A stretch of 64,000 nucleotides of DNA from Mobula hypostoma (Eukaryota): NCBI RefSeq assembly GCF_963921235.1, contig NC_086100.1:202122001-202186000 (forward strand), read 5' to 3'. Below, piece by piece: positions 13,995 through 25,152 of the stretch. Positions within the stretch are counted from its first letter, which is position 1; each line of letters starts with the position of its first letter. The notes beneath the pieces were generated by a model that did no database searches, was not told where the DNA came from, and was given only the letters and a program-made list of their open reading frames with translations. Both the position numbers and the translations under genes were made by a program.

Positions 13995-16900
13995 ATGTAA
14001 AGGAATAGATAGGTCCCACAGAAGAAATAGCTCTCAAATAGCGGGGGTAGGCAACCATGGCTGACAAGGGAAGCTCTGCATAAAAGCCAAAAGGGCATAT
14101 AAGGTAGCAAAAGTGAGTGGGAAGTTGGTCAATTGTGAAGCTTTTAAAATCTAACAAAAGGAAACTAAAAAAGCTATAAGAAGGGAAAAGATGAAATATG
14201 AGGGCAAACCAGCTAATAATGTGAAGCAGTATATTGAAAGTTTTTTCAGTTATATAAAAAGTAAACGGGAGGTAGAGTTGATATTGGACCACTGGGAAAT
14301 AATGCTGGAGAGATAGCAATGAGGGACAAAGAAATGGGAGATGAAATTAATGAGTACTTTGCATCAGTCTTCACTGTGGAAGATACTAGTAGTGCGCCAG
14401 AGGTCCGTGAGTGTCAGGGAGAAGGACTGAGTGCGATTTCTATTATAAAGGAAAAAGTGTTAGGCATAATATGGTGGAATTCTTCATTAAGATGGAGAGT
14501 GACATAGTTAATTCAGAAACAAAGGTTCTGAACTTAAAGAGGGGTAACTTTGAAGGTATGAGACGTGAATTAGCTAAGATAGACTGGCAAATGACACTTA
14601 AAGGATTGACGGTGGATATGCAATGGCAAGCATTTAAAGATTGCATGGATGAACTACAACAATTGTTCATCCCAGTTTGGCAAAAGAATAAATCAAGGAA
14701 GGTAGTGCACCCGTGGCTGACAAGAGAAATTAGGGATAGTATCAATTCCAAAGAAGCAGCATACAAATTAGCCAGATAAAGTGGCTCACCTGAGGACTGG
14801 GAGAAATTCAGAGTTCAGCAGAGGAGGACAAAGGGCTTAATTAGGAAGGGGAAAAAAGATTATGAGAGAAAACTGGCAGGGAACATAAAAACGGACTGTA
14901 AAAGCTTTTATAGATATGTAAAAAGGAAAAGACTGGTAAAGACAAATGTAGGTCCCTTGCAGACAGAAACAGGTGAATTGATTATGGGGAGCAAGGACAT
15001 GGCAGACCAATTGAATAATTACTTTGGTTCTGTCTTCACTAAGGAGGACATAAATAATCTTCCAGAAATAGTAGGGGACAGAGGGTCCAGTGAGATGGAG
15101 GAACTGAGCGAAATACATGTTAGTAGGGAAGTGGTGTTAGGTAAATTGAAGGGATTGAAGGCAGATAAATCCCCAGGGCCAGATGGTCTGCATCCTAGAG
15201 TGCTTAAGGAAGTAGCCCAAGAAATAGTGGATGCATTAGTGATAATTTTTCAAAACTTGTTAGATTCTGGACTAGTTCCTGAGGATTGGAGGGTGGCTAA
15301 TGTAACCCCACTTTTTAAAAAAGGAGGGAGAGAGAAACCGGGGAATTATAGACCGGTTAGCCTAATGTCGGTGGTGGGGAAACTGCTGGAGTCAGTTATC
15401 AAGGATGTGATAACAGCACATTTGGAAAGCGGTGAAATGATCGGACAAAGTCAGCATGGATTTGTGAAAGAAAAATCATGTCTGACGAATCTCATAGAAT
15501 TTTTTGATGATGTAACTAGTAGAGTGGATAGGGGAAAACCAGTGGATGTGGTATATTTGGATTTTCAAAAGGCTTTTGACAAGGTCCCACACAGGAGATT
15601 AGTGTACAAACTTAAAGCACACGGTATTGGGGGTAAGTATTGGTGTGGGTGGAGAATTGGTTAGCAGACAGGAAGCAAAGAGTGGGAATAAACGGGACCT
15701 TTTCAGAATGGCAGGCGGTGACCAGTGGGGTACCGCATGGCTCAGTGCTGGGACCCCAGTTGTTTACAATATATATTAATAACTTGGATGAGGGAATTAA
15801 ATGCAGCATCTCCAAGTTTGCGGATGACACGAAGCTGGGTGGCAGTGTTAGCAGTGAGGAGGATGCCAAGAGGACGCAGGGTGACTTGGATAGGTTGGGT
15901 GAGTGGGCAAATTCATGGCAGATGCAATTTAATGTGGATAAATGTGAAGTTATCCACTTTGGTGGCAAAAATAGGAAAACAGATTATTATCTGAATGGTG
16001 GCCAATTAGGAAAAGGGGAGGTGCAACGAGACCTGGGTGTCATTATACACCAGTCATTGAAAGTGGGCATGCAGGTACAGCAGGCGGTGAAAAAGGCGAA
16101 TGGTATGCTGGCATTTATAGCGAGAGGATTCGAGTACAGGAGCAGGGAGGTACTACTGCAGTTGTACAAGGCCTTGGTGAGACCACACCTGGAGTATTGT
16201 GTGCAGTTTGGTCCCCTAATCTGAGGAAAGACATCTTTGCCATAGAGGGAGTACAAAGAAGGTTCACCAGATTGATTCCTGGGATGGCAGGACTTTCATA
16301 TGAAGAAAGACTGGATGAACTGGGCTTGTACTCGCTGGAATTTAGAAGATTGAGGGGGGATCTGATTGAAACGTATAAGATCCTAAAGGGATTGGACAGG
16401 CTAGATGCAGGAAGATTGTTCCCGATGTTGGGGAAGTCCAGAACGAGGGGCCACAGTTTGAGGATAGAGGGGAAGCCTTTTAGGACCGAGATTAGGAAGA
16501 ACTTCTTCACACAGAGAGTGGTGAATCTGTGGAATTCTCTGCCACAGGAAACAGTTGAGGCCAGTTCATTGGCTATATTTAAGAGGGAGTTAGATATGGC
16601 CCTTGTGGCTACGGGGATCAGGGGGTATGGAGGGAAGGCTGGGGCGGGGTTCTGAGTTGGATGATCAGCCATGATCATAATAAATGGCGGTGCAGGCTCG
16701 AAGGGCCAAATGGCCTACTGCTGCACCTATTTTTCTATGTTTCTAAATTCAAAGGTCTTAAGGTGATTAAGTCACCAGGGCCAAATGGACTCCATCCCAG
16801 AGTTCTGAGAGATAATGGATGCATTGGTCATGATCTTTCAAGAATCACCTGATTCTGGCATGGGGTCCCAGAGGACGAGAAGATTACAAATGTCACCCCA

Positions 16901-18312
16901 CTCTTTAAAAAGAAAGCAAAAGAAAGGAAATTATAGGCCAGTTAGCCTAACCTCAGGTGTTGGGGAAGTGTTGGAGTCTATTATTAAGGATGAGGTTTCG
17001 AGGTACTTGGAGGCTAATGATAAAATAACTCAAAGTCAACATGGTGTCTGTGAAGGGAAATCTTGCCTGGTAAATCTGTTCGAGTTCTTTGAGGAAGTAA
17101 CCAGCAGGGTGGACAAAGGAGAGGCAGTGGATGCCATTTACTTGAACTTTCAGAAGGCATTTGATAAGGTGCCACACGAGGCTGCTTAACAGATAAAGTT
17201 CTATGGCATTGCAGGAAAGATACTGGCATGGATAGAGGAATGGCTGACAGACAGGAGGCAGCGAGTGGGAATGAAAGGAGCCTTTTCTGGTTGGCTGCCG
17301 GCAACTAGTGGTGTTTCTCAGGGTCAGTATTGGGATCGCTTCTTTTCACATTGCTTGTCAATTACCTAGATAATGGAATTGATGGCTTTGTGGCAAAGTT
17401 TTTGGATGATACAAAAATAGACATAGGAGTAGGTTGAGCTGAGAAACCAATGCGATTAGACTCAGACAAATTGGAAGAACGGGCAAAAAAGTGGCAGAGT
17501 GAATACAGTGTTGGGAAATGTATAATGCATTTTCTTAAAAGGAACAATAGTACAGACAATTATCTAAACGAGGAGAAAATTCAAACATCAGAGGTGCAGA
17601 GGAACTTCGAAGTCCTCGTGCAAGGCTCCCAGAAGGTTAATTTACAGATCGAGTCTGTGGTAAAAAAAAGGCATATGTGATATTGGCATTTATTTCAAGG
17701 GGAATGGAATATCAAAGCAAGGAGCTAATGTTGACCCTTTAGAGACACTAGTCAGGCCACACTTGCAGTATTGTCAACAGTTTTGGGCCCCATATCTCAG
17801 AAAGGGTGTGTTGTCATTGGAGAGAATCCAGAGGAGGTTCACAAGGACAATTCCAGAAATGAAGGGGTTAACATATGAGGAGTGTTTGGCAGCTTTGGGC
17901 CTGTACTCACTGGAATTTAGAAGAATGCAGGGCTGGGGGAAGGATCTCATTGAAACGTACCAAAAGTTGAAAGGAGTAGATAGAGTGGATGTGGAGAGGA
18001 TGTTTCCTATGGAGGGGAATCTTGAATTAGACGGCACAGCCTCAAAATTGAGGGGTGACTCTTTAGAACAGAGATAAGAAGGATTTTTTAGCCAGAGAGT
18101 AGTGAATCTGTGGAATGCTCTGCTACAGACTGCGGTGGAGGCCAAGTCCATGGGTATATTTAAGGCAGAAGTTGATAGTTTCCTGATCAGTCAGGGCATC
18201 AAAGGATATGGCGAGAAGGCGGGTATACAGGGTTGAGTGGGATCTGGGTCCGTGATCAGCCATGATGGAATGGGGGAGCAGACTCGATGGGCTGCTCCTG
18301 TGCCTTATGGTC
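13995..18312 (+). mobile_element. Degenerate CR1 LINE split by a younger CR1 at 14466-16745
   Basis: Reading EKVLG at about 14465 resumes as KFKGLKVIKSPGP at 16746; RT motifs 16815-18077; 3' UTR. Confidence 0.85.
14466..16745 (+). mobile_element. Young 5'-truncated CR1, same subfamily as 1765-6260 but opposite orientation
   Basis: Translated fragments nearly identical to the reverse complement of about 1837-4110; tail TTTCTATGTTTCT. Confidence 0.95.
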
Positions 18313-19387
18313 TAATACATTGGATTGAAATGACCATATGGACCATATGATTTTCACTGTGCCCTGGAACATGTGACAATAATAAACCAATTTCATTTCA
18401 TTTAGATTAGATTCAACTTTATCGTCATTGTGCCAAGTACAGATACAAAGCCAATGAAATACAGTTAGTATCTAACCAGAAATGCAAAGAATAGTGTTAT
18501 TTACAAAATAACTGCGAATAAAAACTGCTATAGTACACGAATATAAAAGTACTGAGACAGTACAATATGGGTGCAATACCGCTTAGCGCTGTGCCGAGAG
18601 GTTCAGCAGGGTCACAGCCTCAGGGAAGAAGCTCTTCCTGTGCCTGCTGGTGCGGGAGCAGAGGCTCCTGTAGCGCCTACCGGATGGGAGGAGAGTAAAA
18701 AGTACCATTCTGACATTTACAGGAACACCCTTCTCTCCCATAATATACCTGTAGAATCCCCTGAAAATTTCCGTAAGCTGCTAAACCCATCCCACACCAC
18801 CTCTGGACTGCCAATTTCTCTCGTGCTTCTTCTGCACAGACTGATCTGTTTGACCCTGACGCTGTGTCCTTACTCTTCCTGACCACAGCCGCAATGTCTT
18901 GTGTAGGGCCAGGGTTCCCTCACCTTGCCAGCCTTCCCTTCACCCCACCAGGAATACCCACTATCATTCAGAGGCCACAACAGCCAGCATACTTACTGGG
19001 GTGAGGTAAGCAGTTCCAGGAATGCTCGAGTCACCGCTGTGCCCATAAAACCAGAAAACAAAAGAGCAGAATTGTCCCTTCGTGCCTGCTCCACCATTCC
19101 ACCGGGACTAATTTAAGATCCCTCAGCCCCATTCTGTTGCCTTAGCCCTTTAACCTTTGACACCCTGACTATTCAAGAACTGACCAATCTCCGCTTTAAA
19201 TATACCCAATCACTTGGCCTCCACAGTTCTCTGTAGCAATGGGTTTCACAGATTCACCACTAAAGAAATTCCTCCTTATCTCAGATCTAAATAGATCTCT
19301 GTTCTGAAGCTCTCCCCACTGGTCCTTGACTCACCCGCTATAGGAAACATCCAACACTCTGACACAAATTCAACAAAGCAAACTTAC

Positions 19388-19457
19388 TGGAGTCTCCCAG
19401 AACCACCACAAACTTATTACGCAGCAGGTCGCTGGCCTCGCTGGAGGTGAACCCCAT
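19388..19457 (-). CDS. PCED1A: First coding exon of PC-esterase domain-containing protein 1 (PCED1A/FAM113-like); exon 19388-19478
   Basis: ATG at 19457 gives MGFTSSEASDLLRNKFVVVLGDS, resembling the PCED1A N-terminus as I recall it (F.ASEVQQLLHNKFVVILGDS). Acceptor TTTGCCCCTGCAG at 19479-19480; donor CCA|GTAAGT at 19387, phase 1. The next coding exon (IQRAVYKDL-like) was not found in the window. Confidence 0.85.
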
Positions 19458-19844
19458 CGTGGAACAGGACAGAGACAGCTGCAGGGGCAAACCAAAGGCA
19501 GGGTCACCAGCAGCAAACCCCAAGCTCCCCACATACACAACTAGCTTGAAATGCCCCATCCTGACAACACCTAAACCCTGCTCCTTCCTCTCCCTGTTAT
19601 CACAGCCAGCCTGCCGCAGAGAACAGACCTCCCACACTAAACTCAGAGCTTGCGGGCAGTGACACACACACCCCTCCTCAGGGCTGTTCCTGAGAGGGTG
19701 CTGCAGCAACAGGTTGAGGAGGTGGTGTGGAGAGGACCCGGGGGGGGGGGGGAGGTTTGGAGGGGAGGGGATTGAGCAACAGGATGGGGGGGAAGGTTTG
19801 GAGGGCAATGCAGGGGACAGGGCGACAGAACAGGGGAGCAACTA

Positions 19845-20355
19845 AAAAAGTCATAAGGTAAAGATAGAATACACAAGTAAGCTAGCCGATAATATTTTAA
19901 AGGATATCAAATGTTTCTTCAGATACATTGTAAAAGAGAGGCAAGAGAGGATATTTAACCGCTGGAAAATGATGCTGGAGAGAAAGTAATAGGGACAACG
20001 AAATAGCGGACAAACTGAATAAGTATTTTGCATCGGTCTTCACTATGGAAGGCATTAGCTGTACGGTGGAAGTTCCAGGTGTCAGGGGGCATGAAGTGTG
20101 TGAAGTTATCATTACCAGAGAGGTGGTTTTGGGGGAAACTGAAAGGTCTAAAGGTATATAAGTCACCTGGACCAGATGGTGTACACCCCAATGTTCTAAA
20201 GAGGTGGCTGAAGAGATTGTGGAAGCATTAGTAATGACCTTTCAAGAATCATTAGGTTCTGGAATGCATCTGGAAGACTGGATAATTGCAAATGTCAATC
20301 AACTCTTCAAGAAGGGAGAGAGGCAGAAGAAAGGAAACTATCAGCCAGTTAGCCA
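19845..20355 (+). mobile_element. CR1 ORF2 fragment
   Basis: KSPGPDGVHP, EDWIIANV..LFKKG..KGNY.PVS. Confidence 0.8.
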
Positions 20356-20559
20356 ATTATCACCTCAGTGGCTGGGAAGATGGAACAAATGGTCCAATTC
20401 TGCTCCTTTTTCTATGATCTCATGAATGAAGAGAATGGTGGGGGGGTGGAAGAGGGGATTAGAGGGAGGGACTGGGCAGGGGGTTTGAATCGTGCATCCG
20501 CTAGCCCCTTTGCTGACAGATCCCCACCCTCTGCCAGCAGCCAATCTTGGTTCCAAACC

Positions 20560-21895
20560 ACCCCACCCTTGGGATCCCCACAGTCTCTGCCCACTTCACC
20601 CCTCCTTCCACCCCCATCTTCACCCCTACCACACCATCTCCCTCTCAACCTCTCTGCCCATTCCCTCACCATCTCCCCCTCTCCCACCTTTCCCCCTCCC
20701 TCCCACCTTCCCACCTCCTTCCACCTTCTCCTCCCTCTCTCCCACCTACCACCTCCCTCACTCCCTCCCACCTACCCCCCTCCCTCACTCTTCCCCCACC
20801 TACGCCCTCCCTCCACCTTCTCCCCCTCCCTGCCCTCCACCTCCACGCCCTCCACCTACCTTCCCCCTCCCCCACCTTCCCTCCACCTACCTTCCCCCTC
20901 CCCCCACCTTCCCTCCTCCCCTCCCACCTTCCCCTCACTCCTTCCCACCTACCCCCTCCCCTCTCCCTGTCATCCATCCCAAGCTCCTCTCCCTCCAGCC
21001 CAACTTCCTTCTCTCTCCACCTCCCCACACTCTCTCCCTCTATACCCCTCCCCACCCCCCTGCCCCATACCTTACCCCCTCTCCTTCTCTCCACTCCCTC
21101 CCCCCTCTCTCCCCCTCCCCCCTGCTCCATCCACCTCCCCTGCCCCCTCCCCCCACCTGTATGCCTTTATTCGTGTTCCTGCAGCCCGAAACAAATCCCA
21201 TCCCTGCCTCCCTCCCCATCCAACGTCCTCCTTCCCATCCCCTCGCCTCACCTCCTCCTCCCTGCCCCCTACCCCTCACCCTCCCCTCACCCTCCACCCC
21301 CTCCCCTCACACTCCACCCCCTTCCCCTCCTTCCCCCTCCACCCCCTCCCCCTCCTTCCCCCTCCACCCCCTCCCCTCACTCCCCCTCCTCCCCTCACCT
21401 CCCCCTCCCCTCCACCTCCCCCTCCACCCACTCCCCTCACCTCCCCCTCCACCCACTCCCCTCACCTCCCCCTCCCCCTCCACCCACTCCCCTCACCTCC
21501 CCCTCCCCCTCCACCCACTCCCCTCCCCCTCCCCCTCCACCTCCCCTCACCTCCCCCTCCACCCACTCCCCTCACCTCCCCCTCTCCCTCCACCTCCACC
21601 CACTCCCCTCACCTCCCCCTCCACCCACTCCCCTCACCTCCCCCTCTCCCTCCACCTCCACCCACTCCCCTCACCTCCCCCTCCACCCACTCCCCTCACC
21701 TCCCCCTCCACCCACTCCCTCTACTCCCTCCCCTCACCCTCCACCCCTCCCCTCACCTTCCACCCCTCCCCTCACCTCACCTCACCTCGCCCTCCACCTT
21801 CACCCGAATTCATTCCCTTCTCGCACCCATTTACTCACAGGCACGCACTCACTGTCTTACTGTGTCTTTGTGTCTTTCTTTCTCTCTTTCTCTCG

Positions 21896-21928
<33 letters not shown>

Positions 21929-21950
21929 TTTTCTTTCTGTTTCTTTTTCG
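20560..21950. repeat. C/pyrimidine-rich low-complexity tract with an approximately 25-bp CCCACTCCCCTCACCTCCCCCTCCA sub-repeat, ending in (CT)n
   Basis: Seen directly; almost no G on the + strand over more than 1 kb. Confidence 0.95.
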
Positions 21951-21959
21951 TTCTCTCGG

Positions 21960-22200
21960 TTTGTTTTCCGATTTCGCTGAGTTCCCGCCCAAATTCTCAC
22001 CTTTAATTCTGTGACGTCATCCCCTCTGCTCCAATCAGGCGGAAGAGCGGTACCCATTACCACGTGGCGGTGGCAGCCAATCAGGGTGCAGATCTGAGCC
22101 CCGCCCACTGGCCTTCGGGGCTCGGGCAGGGTCGGAGGAACAGGCCGTTCGGCCCTTCGGGTCTGCGCCGACCCGGTCAATGGCGTCAGGGCGGAACGCG
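21960..22200 (-). promoter_or_regulatory. CpG-rich housekeeping-type promoter, probably for PCED1A
   Basis: CRE TGACGTCA 22012-22019; CCAAT 22031-22035 and 22077-22081; ETS-like GCGGAAG 22039-22045; E-box CACGTG 22061-22066; GC boxes 21984-21990 and 22099-22106; minus-strand donors AAG|GTGAGA (22000) and ACA|GTGAGT (about 21852). Confidence 0.7.
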
Positions 22201-23446
22201 TTGCAGTTTTTCCTTAATTCCGCAATAGATTTAGACGTTGGGAGGGAAGATTAGGGGGAGGTGGAAGGCAGATTTTTTCATACAGAGATTAGTGTAGTAC
22301 AGTACTGCCTCGGCTGATGGTAGGAACAGTTACATGAGGGATATTTAAGCGACTCATGGATATGGATGAAAGCAAAATGGATTCTATAGAAGGGAAGAGT
22401 TAGGTTGGTACATCAGAATGAGGAGCATCAAACAGAAAATGCTGCAGGAAGTCAGCAGGCCGGGCAGCATCGATGGGAAAAAGTAGAGTCAATGTTTCGG
22501 GCCGAGAACTTTCTGTAGGACTGGAAAAAATAAGAGTAAATTTTAAAGGTGTGCAAATCCCCCACATTTTAAATCTACTTCTCATCTTTCGACTGTAGAC
22601 CAGTGAGTCTTCAGTGGTGGGCAAGTTGATGGAGACATCCTGAGAGGCAGTATTTTGAGCATTTGAAGAGACATCATCTGATTAGGGATCATCAGCATGG
22701 CTTTGTCAAGGGCAGGTCGTGCCTCATGAGCTTGAGTGAATTCTTTGAGGATGTAACACAACACATTGATGACACTATTATCTTGTTTTGCACACTACTG
22801 CCTCTTCATTGTCCTGTGAAATGTACAGTTATTTTGTGTTGGCTATGAAGCTGCTGTAAGTTTTTTGTTGTTGCCTGTACAAGTATGGTGAGGTACGGTT
22901 ACAAGTGTGGCACGGTAGCATAGTGGTTAACAGTCCAGGTGACTGGAAGAAAATTGTGAATATAGGGTTAAAAGAGCTGTGTATGGTGCTACAACTTTGT
23001 GACCTTGTGTTTTCCAATTAAGTTGCAAATCCACATAACAAAGATGATTTGAGCTAGGCACATATACAATTGCTTACAGCAGTGACCAGCAACACACCTA
23101 TTTAAACCTAGTCTATAACAGGACAACTTACAAAGCCCAAACACGAGGAGATCTGCAGATGCTGGAAATTCATGTCTGTGGCCATTGAACTTTGCAGCTC
23201 CTCCCATGGAGGGTCAGACACCCTGAGCCAATAAGCTGGTCCTGGACTTATTTCCATCTGGCATAGTTTGCATATTGTTGTTTGATTGTTTGTGGTTTTG
23301 TATTGCTATATTTACGCTCTATTCTTGGTTGGTGCAGCTGTAACGAAACCAAATTTCCCTCGGGATCAATAAAGTATATCTATCTATCACACACAAAAAA
23401 ATGCTGGTGAACGCAGTAGGCCAGGTAGCATCTCTAGGAAGAGGTA

Positions 23447-23484
23447 CAGTCGACGTTTCGGGCCGAGATCCTTCGTCAGGACTA
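23447..23484 (-). ncRNA. Minimal type I hammerhead ribozyme motif in a Penelope pLTR
   Basis: Minus strand: AGTC CTGACGA aGGAT ctcg GCCC GAAA C GTC GACT; intact core, GUC site, stem I AGTC/GACT, one mismatch in stem II. Confidence 0.7.
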
Positions 23485-24129
23485 ACTGAAAGAAGAGATA
23501 GTAAGAGATTTGAAAGAGGGAGGGGGAGATCCAAAATGATAGGAGAAGACAGGAGGGGGAGGGATGGAGCCAAGAGTTGGAAAGTTGATTGGCAAAAGGG
23601 ATACGGGGCTGGAGAAGGGAGAGGATCATGGGATGGGAGGCCTAGGGAGAAAGAAAGGGGGAGGGGGGAACCCAGAGGATGGGCAAGGAGTTATAGTGAG
23701 AGGGACAGAGGGAGAAAAAAAGGGAAAGGAAAAAATAACTAAATAAACAAGGGATGGGGTAGGAAGGGGAGGTGGGGCATTAACAGAAGTTAGAGACATC
23801 AGTGTTCATGCCATCAGGTTGGAGGCTACCCAGACGGAATATAAGGTGTTGTTCCTCCAACCTGAGTGTGGCTTCATCTTTACCCCATTTTTTAATCTCT
23901 TTTTTTCTCCCTCTGTCCTTTTCACTATACCTCTTGCCCATCCTCTGGGCTTCCCCCTCCCCCTTTTCTTTCTCCCTGGGCCTCCTGTCCCATGATCCTC
24001 TCATATCCCTTTTGCCAATCACCTGTCCAGCTCTTGGCTCCATCCTTCCCCTTCCTGTCTTCTCCTATCATTTCGGATCTCCCCCTCCCCCTCCCACTTT
24101 CAAATCTCTTACTAGCTCTTCTTTCAGTT

Positions 24130-24166
24130 AGTCCTGACGAAGGGTCTTGGCCCGAAACGGCGACTG
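24130..24166 (+). ncRNA. Hammerhead motif, probably inactive (GUC changed to GGC)
   Basis: AGTC CTGACGA aGGGT cttg GCCC GAAA C GGC GACT. Confidence 0.55.
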
Positions 24167-24237
24167 TACCTCTTCCTGTAGATGCTGCCTGCGTTCCCCA
24201 GCATTTTGTGAGTGTGTGTAACTTACAAAGCCCATTG

Positions 24238-24408
24238 ACTAACGTGTGCGCCTTTGGACTGAGGGAGGAAACCGGAGCACCCAGAAAAACCTGTGCATTC
24301 ACGGGGAGGATGTGCAAACTTCATACAGACGGTGACAGAATTGAACTCCGAAATCCAGTGTCCTGGGTTGTAAGAGAGTCACGCTAGCCTCCGTGCTACT
24401 GTGGTATA
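24238..24408 (-). mobile_element. tRNA-derived SINE (V-SINE-like)
   Basis: Minus strand has an A-box-like CAGTAGCACGGAGG, a B-box-like GGAGTTCAATTC and the V-domain-like GGGTGCTCCGGTTTCCTCCC. Confidence 0.65.
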
Positions 24409-24689
24409 GCATCAAATGGATGGTCCATTCAAAGGTGTCAAGCTCGAAACCCTGGAGCTCCCCCTTCCAGCAGAACCGGAGAATCTTCCCCACACAGACA
24501 CTGGTGGATCAAGGCACTCACCACCCCTTCTCTAACTCTTCATAGGTGATCACCAAATGTTGGCCTCATCAGCAATGAGAAGATCACAATAGTTGGTAGG
24601 CATGCATTCATTACAGCCTGAGCATCACCATCCTGCTGCGTCTTTACAGGGTGTTGGTGAGACCACAACTCGTGTACTGATGTACTCAG

Positions 24690-25152
24690 AGTACTGTACC
24701 CAACCTGGTAGCTGGAATACTGTTGTACCTGGTGTTCTGTACCTGACCTGGTGACATGGTGAGACTGTAGATGGACTAGTATTGTACCTGGTATATTTTA
24801 CTCTAACCTGGTGACATGGTGAGACTATAGATGGAATACTGTTGTACCTGGGATACTGTACTTGACCTGGTGACATGGTGACACTGTAGATGGAGTACTG
24901 TTGTACCTGGGATACTCTATGCAACCTGGTGACACCGTGAGACTGTAGATTGAGTACTGTTGTACCTGACCTGGTAACATGGTAAGACTGTTGATGGAAT
25001 ACTGTTGTACCTGGGATACTGTACTTGACCTGGTGACACTGTGAGACTGTAGATTGAGTACTGTTGTACTTGACCTGGTGACATGGTGAGACTGTAGATG
25101 GAGTACTGTTGTACCTGGGATACTGTACTCAACCTGGTGACATGGTGAGACT
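24690..25152. repeat. Minisatellite with about 42-57 bp units (GACCTGGTGACATGGTGAGACTGTAGATGGAGTACTGTTGTACCTGGGATACTGTACTT)
   Basis: Roughly 8 imperfect copies visible. Confidence 0.9.

Larger units (their letters stand above)
23141..24215. mobile_element. Penelope-like element remnant with inverted pseudo-LTRs; Rex1 3' fragment nested at 23172-23389
   Basis: Minus-strand C-terminal peptide EATLRLEEQHLIFRLGSLQPDGMNTDVSNF (GIY-YIG end); about 23390-23745 is the inverted copy of about 23885-24215. Confidence 0.8.

Noticed and set aside
19388..19457. GDS exon as a fragment of a CR1 ORF1 esterase
   Set aside because: Context (LLRNKFVVVLGDS) matches PCED1 rather than ORF1 (RRAVVIGDSIVRG), and it is bounded by splice sites
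20368..22014. Three long proline-rich ORFs (477-548 aa)
   Set aside because: By-product of the C-rich low-complexity tract; all three frames are open and there is no domain
22485..22525. Additional hammerhead on the minus strand
   Set aside because: The CTGANGA core is mutated (CTACAGA); counted only as a relic
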